Part shown: piece by piece, positions 18,765-29,950 of the stretch
How the letters are laid out: every line of letters starts with the position of its first letter
How positions within the stretch are numbered: position 1 is the first letter of the stretch
NCBI GenBank assembly: GCA_963720465.1
Contig: OY970393.1
Span: 1,600,001 to 1,664,000, forward strand
Direction: 5' to 3'
Origin: Methanobacteriota archaeon
GTDB taxonomy: Archaea > Halobacteriota > Bog-38 > Methanoflorentales > Methanoflorentaceae
Length of the DNA stretch: 64,000 bases
Translations under genes and position numbers: made by a program
The notes under the pieces: model-generated
Seen by the model: the letters and a program-made list of their open reading frames with translations, nothing else
Database searches by the model: none
Told to the model about the DNA's origin: nothing

Positions 18765-20069
18765 TCAGAAGAATCCCATATATTTGACGTAGAGCAGGAG
18801 ATCACAAAGTATGAGCGCCGCCACGGTCGGCGGGAGCGCTATTTTTATCCATCGCACCCATCCCATGCGCATCCCGTGCGTCTCCAGTGAGCTGTACGCG
18901 ACAACGTTCGACGAGGCGCCGATGGGCGTGAGATTGCCCCCGATGTTAGCGCCCAGCGATACCGCCCAGACCATCAGGGCCGTGGCGAGAACTGACGGAA
19001 TGAGCGACAGATCTCGGATAACGTAGCTCATCATCACGGCGAAGGGGACGGTGTTGATCAGCCCGCTTATGAAGGCCGATCCGAAAAGCAGCAGCGAGAG
19101 CAGTACGGTGTTGTTCCCCATAGACGCACCTGCTAAGCCGGTTGCAAACACGGCGAGGATTCCGGTCTTTTCAAGTCCGCCGACTAACACAAAGAGACCG
19201 ATAAAGAACAACAGCAGTTCGTAATCGACCTTCTTGAGGGTATCCTCGATACCTCCTCTGCCGACAAGGAGCAAGACAAAGGCGGGAATGAGGGCGGCGA
19301 GCGCGACATCCACCGGGATGCCGAATGTGGCCGCAAGATAACCCCCGCTGACGAGGAGTACCACAGCAGCGATGAGGGCAGCGAGGCCGAGATGGAGCAT
19401 CCGTTTGCTTATAATGGCACTCTCGGGAGCGATTCTCGAGAGCGCACGCGTGTCAACCATCGCGAAAGGCGCCAGCGCCCTCCGCTGCGTAAGATAGAGC
19501 ACCCCTACTGCTAAAAGGGCGGCAGCAAGCGCGATGGGACCGGTATTCCTCAGAAACTCGTTAAAGCCAAACCCCAGCTGGGTCCCGAGTATGAGATTGG
19601 GGGGGCCGCCGATGAGGGTTGATGCGCCCCCGATGTTGGCAACGACAACCTCCGCAACGACAAGGGGCACCGGGTCGATCTTCACTAGCCGCGCAATCTC
19701 GATCGTAATCGCCGCAAGAAAAAGCATGACCGTAATGCTATTGACGAACGAGGCCAGCAGCCCTGCCAAGAGGGGGAACACGATCAGCATGGTGCGAGGG
19801 TTGTAGTTCAGCCTCTTTGCAAGGATGAATGCCACGTATGAGAAGAACCCCGCATCTGAGAGCACCACGACGATGACAAACATCCCAAACAACAGGCCGA
19901 TGGTCTCCCAGTTGACGTAATTAATAGCCTCATTCAGAGTGAGGACGCCCGTGATGAGCAACACCAGGCTCCCTGCGCCTACGACGACCGTCTTGTTGAT
20001 TTTTTCTGTGGCCAACGTTCCATACGTTACTAGAAAGGTCACCAGGGTGATAGCGGCGTATGGTTCCAT
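18765..20069 (-). CDS. ArsB/NhaD/SLC13-type ion transporter
   Basis: NWETIGLLFGMF, ANIGGASTLIG.PPN, LLFFIGLFVLVGGLE.TG, GANIGGNLTPIGASSN; start at 20069. Confidence 0.9.
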   Translation of the reverse strand: MEPYAAITLVTFLVTYGTLATEKINKTVVVGAGSLVLLITGVLTLNEAINYVNWETIGLLFGMFVIVVVLSDAGFFSYVAFILAKRLNYNPRTMLIVFPLLAGLLASFVNSITVMLFLAAITIEIARLVKIDPVPLVVAEVVVANIGGASTLIGGPPNLILGTQLGFGFNEFLRNTGPIALAAALLAVGVLYLTQRRALAPFAMVDTRALSRIAPESAIISKRMLHLGLAALIAAVVLLVSGGYLAATFGIPVDVALAALIPAFVLLLVGRGGIEDTLKKVDYELLLFFIGLFVLVGGLEKTGILAVFATGLAGASMGNNTVLLSLLLFGSAFISGLINTVPFAVMMSYVIRDLSLIPSVLATALMVWAVSLGANIGGNLTPIGASSNVVAYSSLETHGMRMGWVRWIKIALPPTVAALILCDLLLYVKYMGFF

Positions 20070-20546
20070 GGGAGGTTCTCCAGCACATAGCCACGACGTT
20101 CCGTGCTGCGCGTGCTTTGACACTCATAGGGCGCGAGTCGTAGCACCAACCCACTATTCCAGTTAGATACGATAAATCATTGCGTGCTGCAGGGACGGTT
20201 GTTTGAAAAGCCGCAACCGCTCAGAAGGAGTCGGTAAGACTGGACCTCCCATTAGCCCGCGGCGTGTCAAGCGGATCTGCTAGAGTCACGATGTCCGTGT
20301 TTGCTAACATTGAGAGCAATGAGACAGGTCTCGTGATCGTTGTCCCATTGGAACGCTCTTGACTGTGATGCCTATCGGGCGAAAAAGCGCATTGGCGACT
20401 GACGGACGTTAAATAAGAGGCCACAGGTATATGCCTCAATAGTGCGGTAAAACGACTAGTGCTTGTTGAACCTTCAAGAACTTCTCATCTAACAACCAAG
20501 CACCGCTGTGCGGCAAAGAAAGCTGTTTGGCAGGGGGAGGAACCAA

Positions 20547-22223
20547 ATGCGAACTGATGGTGCTTCTACATCCAGAACGTCTCATCGTGCCGCAAACGTT
20601 GGCGCGTACCTTATTGAGCGACTTCGATTATTAGGCCTCTCACACGTCTTCGGAGTGCCAGGGGATTATGTGCTCGGCTTTTTCAAACAGCTGAGCGACA
20701 GCGAGATCGATCTCATTACGACGTGTGACGAACTTAACGCTGGCTACGCGGCCGATGCGTACGCGCGTATACGGGGAATAGGCGCCGTGTGCGTTACCTA
20801 CTCTGTCGGCGGCCTAAAGGTCGTCAATGCCACGGCGCAGGCATATGCGGAAAAATCTCCATTGGTCGTCATCACAGGAGCTCCCGGAATCAAAGAAAGG
20901 GTAGGGAACCCGCTCCTCCACCATAAAGTGCGGACCTTCAACACGCAAAAGAAGATCTTTGACGAAGTGACCGTTGCGTCTGCGGTTTTAGATGATCCGA
21001 ACACGGCGTGCCAAGAGATTGATCGCGTGTTATCCGAAGCAGTCCGCGTTAAGCGACCGGTATACGTTGAGCTCCCGCGCGATATGACGTTCGCCCACGT
21101 GAAGCCGCCAAATCAGGATTCGGTAACGCGAGCAGACGATACGAGCGATCCTAACGCTTTGCAGGCCGCTCTTGACGACGCGGTGACGATGATCAACGAG
21201 TCTCAGCAACCCGTCGTAATTGCCGATGTCGAGCTGCACCGGTTCGGACTGCAGGACAAGCTTCTCGCCTTAATCGATAAAGTGCAGATACCTGTCGCTG
21301 CGACAATTCTCGGTAAATCCGTTGTCGACGAGTACCATCCCCTGTACATAGGCATCTATGAAGGGGCGATGGGCTTTGAGTCCGTCCGCGACTATGTCGA
21401 ATCAAGTGATTGCCTGATCCTCCTTGGGGCCTTTATGACGGACGTCAATCTAGGGCAGTATACCGCGCATATCGACCAGGAAAAGACAATTTACGTCACG
21501 AGCGAGCAATGTTCGATTCGCTATCGCACCTACGCGCGCGTCCGTCTACACGACTTCCTCGAAGGCCTGCTTACCGCCCCCATGATGCCGCGGACCCCCC
21601 GCGACTTTCCGCACCCGCGGCCTATCGTACCATTCATGACGAAAAAAGGACAGAAGATTACCGTCAAGAGGCTCTTTGAACGGCTTAACTGGGCGCTCAA
21701 GGACAACACCGTAGTCATCGCCGACGTCGGCGATGCGCTTTTCGGCGGGCTTGACCTCATTACCCACCGCAGAACTGAATTCCTGTCGCCAGGGTATTAC
21801 CTCTCGCTCGGGTTTGCGGTGCCGGCGAGTATTGGAGCACAACTCGCGAATCCTAATCTTCGTCCGTTAGTACTCGTCGGCGACGGGGCGTTCCAAATGA
21901 GCGGCATCGAGGTGTCGACCATCGCGCGACTCGGCCTGAATCCAATCATCGTCGTGTTCAATAATTATGGGTATGCGACCGAACGACCAATCCAGGACGG
22001 GCCGTTCAACGACCTGCAGGTGTGGCAGTACAGTCGGTTCCCGGAGATCGTTAGTGGGGGGACTGGGGTGGTTGTCACGACAGAGGATGAGTTTGACCAA
22101 GCGCTCGACGCAGCACAGGCATACACCGAGGGGTTTACGATTATTGAAGTCCAGCTTGATCCGCACGATAGCTCGCCAGCGTTGCAGCGGCTGGCCAAGG
22201 CTCTTGCGAAGAAGATTCGTTGA
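20547..22223 (+). CDS. TPP-dependent alpha-keto acid (pyruvate/indolepyruvate) decarboxylase
   Basis: FGVPGDY, ELNAGYAADAYAR, LLHH, GDGAFQM...NN.GY.TER. Confidence 0.92.
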   Translation: MRTDGASTSRTSHRAANVGAYLIERLRLLGLSHVFGVPGDYVLGFFKQLSDSEIDLITTCDELNAGYAADAYARIRGIGAVCVTYSVGGLKVVNATAQAYAEKSPLVVITGAPGIKERVGNPLLHHKVRTFNTQKKIFDEVTVASAVLDDPNTACQEIDRVLSEAVRVKRPVYVELPRDMTFAHVKPPNQDSVTRADDTSDPNALQAALDDAVTMINESQQPVVIADVELHRFGLQDKLLALIDKVQIPVAATILGKSVVDEYHPLYIGIYEGAMGFESVRDYVESSDCLILLGAFMTDVNLGQYTAHIDQEKTIYVTSEQCSIRYRTYARVRLHDFLEGLLTAPMMPRTPRDFPHPRPIVPFMTKKGQKITVKRLFERLNWALKDNTVVIADVGDALFGGLDLITHRRTEFLSPGYYLSLGFAVPASIGAQLANPNLRPLVLVGDGAFQMSGIEVSTIARLGLNPIIVVFNNYGYATERPIQDGPFNDLQVWQYSRFPEIVSGGTGVVVTTEDEFDQALDAAQAYTEGFTIIEVQLDPHDSSPALQRLAKALAKKIR

Positions 22224-22347
22224 CACTCAAGCGTTAGCCAGCAGGCACGGCGCAGCCGTTTCTGGTTGCGTGACAGCTGTATCTTCTTTGAGGAATCAAA
22301 ATGCAGCCGTTGCGTCCTGCCGTGGAAAAACGGTATTGGCCCCTTGC

Positions 22348-23424
22348 TTAGCCCTTACGTCGGTTTTTGTTCTTTCTTCGTCGAATCGTGAGTACGGAGG
22401 CGAGCGAAACAATGAGAATCGCTGCAAGAACCGCGAAGACCGCTCCTGCGTTAGCAAATCCGATGTTTGGGGCATCTGTCGCTCCCACGGCAGTGGCCCC
22501 CTCGCTGCTCGATGAAGCAGCGGTGCCATTACCTGTCGTCGTCGCCGAACGATCGAGCGTTGTGAACTGCACGTGTCCTGTGCCCTGCAAGTAATCGATG
22601 TAATTGGCGAGCAGTGTCACTTTCGAGGTATTGACTGCATAATTGGGCCCCTCAAAATCGGCGGGGTGATACAGCACAACGAAGGTGTTGATGCTATAAG
22701 GATCGTTAAGCCATTGGTTGGTTGCGTTCTCGAGCGACTGAAGGGTATTGTTCCCGAGCTCTATCGAGATCGTATCTAATCTCATGCCATCCAGGTTTCC
22801 CGCGTTCTGGTTGAAATCTCGAAAGGCGGTGCTATATTCCGTGAACCCCAGCGCTTGTGCCGCCTTTAGCGTGTTGTTGTCGCTCTTGTCAAATGGAGGG
22901 AGAAACGAAGTAGGCGTGACCCCGAACGCTTGGGTGATGTCGTCGCGCCCCTGCTTGATTGCGTCGTATTGCGCGGTATAAGACCTCCCATAAAACTCAC
23001 TGGGGCCCGCAGGTGACGGCCCGAGATCCTGGTGCGTATAGCCGTGCTGTGCAAATTGAAAAAGGTGGTTTGAAGTTAGTGATCGCATGTACTCGAGAAA
23101 CGTGTGATTTACTTCAATCAGCTGATTGCCCGAAGGCGTTGGGTATGGATGTGGGATGATGCCCATCACCACCGGCACATTCATGTTAATGTTTACTTGG
23201 TTCACAGCCTGAAGCTCGGCGAAATCGGCGTTAGGCGCGACGTCATCCTCTCTAAATATCACATACTTGTTCGTTTGCGCAGAACCCGTCGCTCCACTGC
23301 CTGCGCCCGTAAAGAGCATCGAAAATAAAAGTATTAAAACGAGCGAGCAGACGAGGACGATTTTCGGTCTGACTCTTGCATTGCGTCTGATTTCGTTTGA
23401 CCCGTCTTGCGGCACTGGACACAC
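22348..23424 (-). CDS. Secreted polysaccharide deacetylase-like (CE4/DUF2334) protein with C-terminal anchor
   Basis: FREDD, AQHGYTH, SEF.G, F.PPF, LYHP; signal peptide; TM + RRRK. Start uncertain. Confidence 0.8.
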   Translation of the reverse strand: MCPVPQDGSNEIRRNARVRPKIVLVCSLVLILLFSMLFTGAGSGATGSAQTNKYVIFREDDVAPNADFAELQAVNQVNINMNVPVVMGIIPHPYPTPSGNQLIEVNHTFLEYMRSLTSNHLFQFAQHGYTHQDLGPSPAGPSEFYGRSYTAQYDAIKQGRDDITQAFGVTPTSFLPPFDKSDNNTLKAAQALGFTEYSTAFRDFNQNAGNLDGMRLDTISIELGNNTLQSLENATNQWLNDPYSINTFVVLYHPADFEGPNYAVNTSKVTLLANYIDYLQGTGHVQFTTLDRSATTTGNGTAASSSSEGATAVGATDAPNIGFANAGAVFAVLAAILIVSLASVLTIRRRKNKNRRKG

Positions 23425-23696
23425 TCGGAGACGTTGTTAGTAGCCAAAAACTTAGCGCACTCGTGCCTAGTAAAGGTTTGCGTTGAAGATTGACTGTGAT
23501 GGATATGTTTGCTCTTCCCAAAAAAGGCAAGTGCATGAGTTATTAAGACTAGTGATTTAAATAGTGCTCGGCGCGTGTGTTGTCAAGGTACCAATCCGAA
23601 ACGCGTAGAGCAACGGCGCCGTTGGAACATCACTGCGTGAAGCAAAAATGGAACACATGGGCGAGACCGCTTGATTCGCGAAAAAATCTTGGGCGC

Positions 23697-24212
23697 TCAC
23701 AGTATTGCGCCGATTAAGGCGCCGATAAGTCCTCCAATCAATATTCCGGCTAGCGGCGCGAGAAGAGCTCCGAAGACTACGCCAACCGCGAGTCCAAGAA
23801 CCGCTCCGATGACGGCTCCCGCCAGCGCTCCAACCCCTCCAAAGATTTGCTGGCCGATGAATGCGCCTAGTGCTCCACCGACGATTATGCCAAGCAGCAA
23901 GCCGATAGCCGCAGTCAATATGCCACCGAGCGGAATGCCTATGACGACACCGAGCAGAACCCCGACGAATGAACCAATCAGCCCGCCAATCAAGCCGTTG
24001 ATAACTGCGCCACGATGGCTGCCAGCCCAGGCGCCGACTAATGCGCCGACGATAACGCCGATCGTGATCCCCGACCATATGTTGGTAAGGACGCTTACGA
24101 CTACGCCGAGTGCCCCACCTGCAAAGCCACCGACAACGCCGGGGTTTACGAGGCCGGCTCCATCATTGCGCGCGGCTGCCAAGAGTGTAATGAAACTTCT
24201 ATACGAGGACAC
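23697..24212 (-). CDS. Gly-rich glycine-zipper membrane protein
   Basis: About 140 aa of near-continuous GxxxG; TTTAAA box about 25 nt upstream of GTG. Confidence 0.7.
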   Translation of the reverse strand: MSSYRSFITLLAAARNDGAGLVNPGVVGGFAGGALGVVVSVLTNIWSGITIGVIVGALVGAWAGSHRGAVINGLIGGLIGSFVGVLLGVVIGIPLGGILTAAIGLLLGIIVGGALGAFIGQQIFGGVGALAGAVIGAVLGLAVGVVFGALLAPLAGILIGGLIGALIGAIL

Positions 24213-24832
24213 AGTAGTTAAGTAGCGGGCCTCTGTTTAAAGTTTATGGCGCAACCGAAATCGCTGAAAAATGGGGTTGCTAGACGGTGGCGATCCAGCG
24301 AATGTCATAGCGTTCAGCGACCTCCGCTTGGGTTCTCAGAAGAAGTGTCTCTTCGTACTTTTTCGTATTGAGGACGCGGTTTTTTGTGGAATTGTTAGTT
24401 TTGTACCACGCTTTGACTAAAAGCTCCGTGAGCACACTATAAAACAAAGAAATTGTGCCGACGAGCACGCCTTTTATCGGATTGCGATCGTGTGAGCAAT
24501 ATTGATCCTTGTTGCGCAATGTTCATAAAGAAAGGTCTACCTTGTTATAAAGGGCTTATGCGCACGACTTGGGGGGGTGCTCACACAGGCGGAATGAAGT
24601 CGCACACTCTAGTAGTCCCTACAATTTTGTTAGGGCTGATAGGAAGCGTATTCGAGCTTATCACCGGTGTGCCGGTTATGGCGCGAGGCGCCGTTCGCGG
24701 CGTGAATATAGAAGAAATTGCCTGCAGCCTCCTCTCGCATATCGATGACGTCAGCGGGCAGAAGGAAAGGTATATTTTGCGGTTTTTCGATCACACGGGC
24801 ACGATCCCCGCGCAAAAAATCAGGTAAGACCT

Positions 24833-25174
24833 ATGCGGTACATTAGAATCACCGGCGCAAAATCTTTCATGGAGCTCACGCACGCCAACGTGGCAGAGTG
24901 GCAACTGTACGGCACGACGTTTCTCGAGTGGAAAGAGGAAACAGGAAAGGACTACGATAGCTGGGTAAGCGAGCGAGTTACCCCGACGTTAGACTTGTTT
25001 GACTATCTCGCTTGGTACGAAGATGGATCACTACAAGGGTATGAAGGCGGATATAGCGTCATACTCGACCCGGGCTTCGGACTATGGACGAACGAGATAC
25101 TCGCCCGAGCTAAGCGACTGGGGTTACGCGTGGAGGACACGCAAGATACCGACTCTGGGTGTTGGATTGGGTAG
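24833..25174 (+). CDS. Hypothetical protein, paralog family A member 1
   Basis: Aligns by eye with 41206..41571 and 25316..25582. Confidence 0.7.
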   Translation: MRYIRITGAKSFMELTHANVAEWQLYGTTFLEWKEETGKDYDSWVSERVTPTLDLFDYLAWYEDGSLQGYEGGYSVILDPGFGLWTNEILARAKRLGLRVEDTQDTDSGCWIG

Positions 25175-25315
25175 TTTAGTCAGCAACTGAGTAGGCGGCG
25201 TTGATAAACTGGCTATTCTGCCGTGCGCGAGGTTTTTGAGCGAACGTGGTAGATCGCCCATTTTCAGTGAAGATGCCCGCAGAAAGCGGATTAAGCAAAC
25301 CGTGTCAGTGGGCCT

Positions 25316-25582
25316 CTAAGTCTCTTCTTCAACGCTCGGAAACTGAAACTGCAACCCCTTAAATCCCTTTTCGTCAACAAATCGCGCGTCAAGCATGTGT
25401 CGCGTGGACCTGCCCATCGAATCCGTTGCGACGCCGAAAAGGGCACCATCGCTACGGATGACGAACGTGGAATATTTCGCAAGAAGTTCCTTTATAGTCG
25501 CGGCACGGCCCTCGTCGCGTGCCTGCCACTTTGAAAAGGTCGATCGTTGCAGTAATTTGAACTGCCGAGACGTTAGTGTCAT
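25316..25582 (-). CDS. Hypothetical protein, paralog family A member 2 (shorter)
   Basis: TF..W, DGALFG and LD..F motifs shared with family A. Confidence 0.6.
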   Translation of the reverse strand: MTLTSRQFKLLQRSTFSKWQARDEGRAATIKELLAKYSTFVIRSDGALFGVATDSMGRSTRHMLDARFVDEKGFKGLQFQFPSVEEET

Positions 25583-25771
25583 AACGCGGATCTTAATTAG
25601 TGAATACCCCCTGCTGGCTCGTGGTCGTACCTACGTGCATGAACCCCAAGCGTTTTAACAATATCTCACCCGATTTGCGGGCTGGTGTGCCAAAGCAACT
25701 GATGAGCTCCATTGCGACGTGGTCAGGGCCCGACGTCACAAGCAGCGCGATTTATGCTTGCGCGAGCGTAA

Positions 25772-26058
25772 GTGATGCTATGGGGCAAAATAGAAACGTT
25801 GTACCCGGAAGGAAAGCATGGGCGGAGCATTGACAAAACAAAATATGAAACGACCCGCGAAGCCGTGCTCGCCTGTTTGGACAGCGGTGAATTAACTCAC
25901 GCTCAACTGAATGCATGCGTTGAGCAAAAAGTCAGTGCTATGCTCCAAGGTTCAATTGCTTGGTACATTGAAACGGTGAAACTCGACTCGAAGCGCAAAA
26001 ATGGATAGGGCGCGTGCACGGCGCGAAGCACACCGCGTATCACATCGTGAAAAACTGA
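25772..26058 (+). pseudogene. DUF6958-like small protein with 1-bp frameshift
   Basis: KI.TL.P.GK.G..I...KY...GSI.WY..TVKLD; the expected LEA continuation (LEAQKWIGRV) is in another frame at about 25987. Family assignment from memory. Confidence 0.65.
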
Positions 26059-26144
26059 TATGACGCCTTTTGCTTGCAAGCGCGATACCTTACTGAAGCA
26101 GCTTTGAGCGCTGTCAAAAGCATATTTACCATTGGCCGGGGCAC

Positions 26145-26447
26145 TCATTGAACCGCTTGCTTTACCAACGCAAGCAGCTCTTCTCGCGTTCGCACGCGCT
26201 CGCGTGTCTTCGTCTTCCCGCTTTTGATGACGTTCGCAAAAATCTCAGGTAGGTCGCCTTCCTTAACGCCTGTGAGTCCCTCAATAATTCCGCTGAAGAC
26301 GTCACGCGTTCGTCTCTCTTCTAAGGTTATATGTCCGAAATTGCGAAACCACATCTCTATGCGTGTATCTTCCGATACGATCGTAATTTTACGTATCTGC
26401 TTTTCCCACCAGAGGTGGATCATGATGTCATACTTCTTCTGAGCCAT
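26145..26447 (-). CDS. Hypothetical protein
   Basis: 100-aa ORF, AGGAG RBS, protein-like composition. Confidence 0.6.
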   Translation of the reverse strand: MAQKKYDIMIHLWWEKQIRKITIVSEDTRIEMWFRNFGHITLEERRTRDVFSGIIEGLTGVKEGDLPEIFANVIKSGKTKTRERVRTREELLALVKQAVQ

Positions 26448-26610
26448 GAATCGTCTCCTGCGGCGTGCGCGCGGCTTGACGCCTACCAGTTGAACCCCCT
26501 CGTTTTTATGATTTCGGGAATCTTTAGGCGCTCTATGACGGTGAAAAAAAGAAAAGCAAGTGTGCGGCTGCGGACTCGCAAAAAAAGAAAGAAGTGGTGT
26601 TTGTGCGCAC

Positions 26611-26859
26611 CTACTTCACTTCCGCTTTGGCTTCTTCGCCCGCCGCTTTCGAGGCGGCACGAGCGATCCATACCGTTGCAATCACTGCTACAATGGTTAT
26701 GATAATTGCGTATGAGAGGTTCGCTGGAATGCTGTTGGGAGTTCCCAAATAATAGATGAAAATAGATTGTATCGCTTGGTTCCACGCAAGGCCTGCGACG
26801 AACGCGAAAGCGGTCGTGACGAGGGCAGCGGTCACCTTTAGATACTCTGCTCGACTCAC
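26611..26859 (-). CDS. DUF5654-like two-TM membrane protein
   Basis: ALVTTAF.FVAGLAWN.AI; GTG 26859 after GGAGGTGA. Confidence 0.8.
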   Translation of the reverse strand: MSRAEYLKVTAALVTTAFAFVAGLAWNQAIQSIFIYYLGTPNSIPANLSYAIIITIVAVIATVWIARAASKAAGEEAKAEVK

Positions 26860-26998
26860 CAAGTGTTTCACCTCCGGTAAGCTAGTTACAGGGTGAACTA
26901 GGGGTTGCATACAATAAGACTTTCCATTTGCTGCGTTCGGCTATTAAATGCCAGCGTTTATTTCATTGCAGAAAAGCGCGAGCTATAGCTTATTTTGA

Positions 26999-27499
26999 CT
27001 AGACGCGGTACGCAATCAGGAGAACGATGAGCAGCAATGGCAAGAGGATATCGCTGACATACAGAATCGGCCCTGCATTTCCAGGCGCGTAGTTGTGACT
27101 GAGCCGGATGTCGCGTATGTGGCCGTACGCCGCCCCGATGCCAAACACCGCAAACGCGATTACCGTCGCGCTCCAGAAGTCACCGCGCACCCAATAGCAG
27201 AGCACCCCTAAGACCCCTACGGCGAGGTTGTGCGGGGCCACCTCAAATTGAAACGGGCTTCCAGTGGGCCATCCAATACTTCGTGCAACGTCGTCAGCAA
27301 CAAACGCGTGTCTGGTGAAAGCCCACAGCGAACCGATTCCCACTATAATGACAAGGATGACAAGGAACCAAAGGAGAAACGACTCAACGATTTCGCCACC
27401 GAATAGCGCGATGTTGAGAACGGCGGCAACGATCGCCGTGGCGAATAGCACGTAGGGCCAGTATTCTGCCGCACGGTTAGGCATGGACTCTCTCGCCAC
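26999..27499 (-). CDS. DUF6790-like membrane protein
   Basis: IGWP.GSPFQFEV, A.GHI, N.APGNAG; four TM segments. Confidence 0.75.
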   Translation of the reverse strand: MARESMPNRAAEYWPYVLFATAIVAAVLNIALFGGEIVESFLLWFLVILVIIVGIGSLWAFTRHAFVADDVARSIGWPTGSPFQFEVAPHNLAVGVLGVLCYWVRGDFWSATVIAFAVFGIGAAYGHIRDIRLSHNYAPGNAGPILYVSDILLPLLLIVLLIAYRV

Positions 27500-27762
27500 A
27501 TCGTTTCGGTGCCACCTCTCTCGTCGTGTGCGCCTTTAAAGCTGCTGTTTTGTTGCGTTACCAGTTTAGAACCGTCACGCGAACTTAACGTACCTTCGCA
27601 TTTTCGGCGTGATCGTAAAACGGAAAGGCTGGTCGCAACACCAACGCAGGAGCTACCTGAAGGGGGGAAGAGTTTTTATTTGCAGCAGCCCTTCCGTGGA
27701 GCAGTGATATCACTCTCGTCAACTTAGGGCGTTAACCGTAGTGGAGGACCGCCGACGAAGGC

Positions 27763-28626
27763 ATGACAATTACTCTTACGACGCTTTGTGAGAATACGGC
27801 GGCGCGCGTCGGCATGCGCGCCGAATGGGGTTTAAGCATCCTAGTCGAAACTGACGAAGTTGCGATATTGCTCGACGCGGGTCATAGCACCGTGGCGACC
27901 TTCAACGCAGCGGTCTTGGGTGTAGACTTATCTGCGCTTCACACGATCGTGCTCAGCCATGGGCACCGCGATCACACGGGCGGTTTGTGGTCGGTGCTCA
28001 GCGCGATACAAAAAGACCCCGCACTTCGCGAAGAGGCGCGTGCAGTCAACGTTGTGGCGCACCCAGACATCTGGGTGCCAAAGTACTCAGGACCCGTTCA
28101 TAAGAATATCTATGCGGGGATGCCACACGTACGAGAGGCGTTAGAGAGCCTTGGCGCCGCGTTTGTAAGCACGAGCGAGCCGGCGCGAATAACTGATCGG
28201 ATACTTACAACAGGCGAAATCCCGCTGGACACGGCCTATGAAAGAGTCGATCCAGAGTTATACGTTCGTGATGAAGGAGGCGTCCGGCCTGACCCGATGG
28301 CAGACGACCTTGCGCTCATCATCACGACCGATCTGGGTCTTGTGGTCGTATTGGGCTGTGCACATCGCGGTATTGTCAACACGTTGCTCCAGGCACAGAG
28401 TGTGGCGAATGAGGATCGTATTCATATGGTCATCGGAGGGACGCACTTGATGAAGGCGTCGAAAGAACAGCTTAAAGCGACGGTCAAAGGGCTAAAAGCT
28501 CTTGACGTTGCGCGAATCGGCGTCTCTCACTGTACCGGCTTGCCTGCCGCCTTGAGACTCTCCGAAGCGTTTGGAGAGCAATTCTTCTTCAATAATGCAG
28601 GCACGCGTATCACGATTGAGGACTAG
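27763..28626 (+). CDS. MBL-fold metallo-hydrolase (MJ0301/DHPS-like group)
   Basis: E.GLS.L, SHGHRDHTGG, LGCAHRGI, GG.HL, SHCTG. Confidence 0.9.
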   Translation: MTITLTTLCENTAARVGMRAEWGLSILVETDEVAILLDAGHSTVATFNAAVLGVDLSALHTIVLSHGHRDHTGGLWSVLSAIQKDPALREEARAVNVVAHPDIWVPKYSGPVHKNIYAGMPHVREALESLGAAFVSTSEPARITDRILTTGEIPLDTAYERVDPELYVRDEGGVRPDPMADDLALIITTDLGLVVVLGCAHRGIVNTLLQAQSVANEDRIHMVIGGTHLMKASKEQLKATVKGLKALDVARIGVSHCTGLPAALRLSEAFGEQFFFNNAGTRITIED

Positions 28627-28799
28627 CGCGTGAAAAAAGTGCATCTCAAGCAGCGGCATTCGCTGGCAGACTAATAAGGTACGCCCGCACAGGACCAACA
28701 AGCGCGAATAACGGAAGCTTCGTGAAATAGCGAATTATAATGCGTTTTCCGCGCAAAAAAGGTTTAAGAGAGCGGGCCATAGTCGGTGTGGTGACTAGT

Positions 28800-29225
28800 A
28801 TGGTCGACAACAAGAAAGTTATTAATGAACTTAACGCAGCGCTGAGCATGGAAATCGCCGCGATTGTGCAATACTCGCACAACTCGTACACGATTATGGG
28901 TCCCTGGCGCGGAGCCCTCACTGGAGAACTAGAGAGCTTCGCAAAGGATGAGATGCGCCACATGGAATACGTTTCGGAAAAGATCGTTGCTCTCGGAGGC
29001 GTGCCCGTGTCGCAGCCTGCTGCCATCAACACGCCCGCAACGTGGCGCGCTATGCTTGAGGCAGATCTCGCAGCTGAAAACGCAGCGATCGACCGCTACA
29101 AAACCATTATCGCACTGGCAGACGAATTAGGGGACGTAGACCTGAAGAAGTCAATCGAGGATATCACAAGCCAGGAATACGGACACAAAGAGGCTCTCGA
29201 GAAGTTCCTAAAGGAGCCGAAGTAA
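28800..29225 (+). CDS. Ferritin-like/bacterioferritin-type diiron protein
   Basis: E..A..QY, DEMRH, I..LGG.P, E..AI..Y, QE..H. Confidence 0.88.
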   Translation: MVDNKKVINELNAALSMEIAAIVQYSHNSYTIMGPWRGALTGELESFAKDEMRHMEYVSEKIVALGGVPVSQPAAINTPATWRAMLEADLAAENAAIDRYKTIIALADELGDVDLKKSIEDITSQEYGHKEALEKFLKEPK

Positions 29226-29255
29226 GGGGGTAGTTTCCCCCCACACCTTTTTTTT
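29226..29255 (+). terminator. GC hairpin plus T8 terminator after ferritin gene
   Basis: ggggg-tagttt-cccccc followed by tttttttt. Confidence 0.7.
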
Positions 29256-29562
29256 GCTCCGCGTTTTTTAACCTCTCTTAGATCGAAACATCTCTCCAAC
29301 AGGCGAGCGCAGCGGCTATTAGGCTTGAAAGAAGGATATTGGGTGCCTTTTTTCCCTGCACGTTGGCTCAGACCGCCTTAGAATGATAAAGCCCTCCAGG
29401 TTCTGTGGTCAATAGGGATCGAGATCAAGTGCGTGGGAAAGATCCGATTTGTGAGGCCGCTGTGCTGCCTTAATGGCGTTTGCAGTGGTGGTGCGATTTC
29501 GCTACAACGCTACAATAATATATGCATGGAGACCAAACTACAAGGAATTAAGGAGTGGTCTC

Positions 29563-29748
29563 ATGCTAGACAAGACGATTTCTGAGCATTTTGTTGACAA
29601 AACGATAGAAGTGTACTTCGGTGGCAGACCGAACGAAACCCTCACCGGTAAGGTCGTCGGAAGCGCGGATGGCGTTGTTGTGCTCGAGCACGATGGGCGC
29701 CGAGATTTCATCAACGTCGGAAAAGTTGCAGCCTTTTGGGAAGTGTAG
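29563..29748 (+). CDS. Small Sm-like MM0924-family protein
   Basis: MLDKTISEHF.DK.IEVY.GG....L.GKV...ADGV.VLE; AGGAG RBS. Confidence 0.75.
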   Translation: MLDKTISEHFVDKTIEVYFGGRPNETLTGKVVGSADGVVVLEHDGRRDFINVGKVAAFWEV

Positions 29749-29950
29749 GTCTGGCACCCCGACGGCGGCCGCCAGTTCAGCGGCCTCTATTGCCCTGCTC
29801 TGCAATCTAGGGGGCTAATCGACGCTTGGCCTCGTACTTGCATTAGGTCGGTTTAGCTAATCGGTCGCCTCGCCGCATCTTGTACACGGCTTAGATAAGC
29901 GTGGTCGCTATCGCGGCCTCTTAGACGCGCACTATCGTGAGCGTTTGACC

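Noticed and set aside
23671-24225. 184-aa Pro/Thr-rich plus-strand ORF
   Set aside because: Mirror of the Gly-zipper gene; the minus strand has the TATA box and coherent TM pattern.
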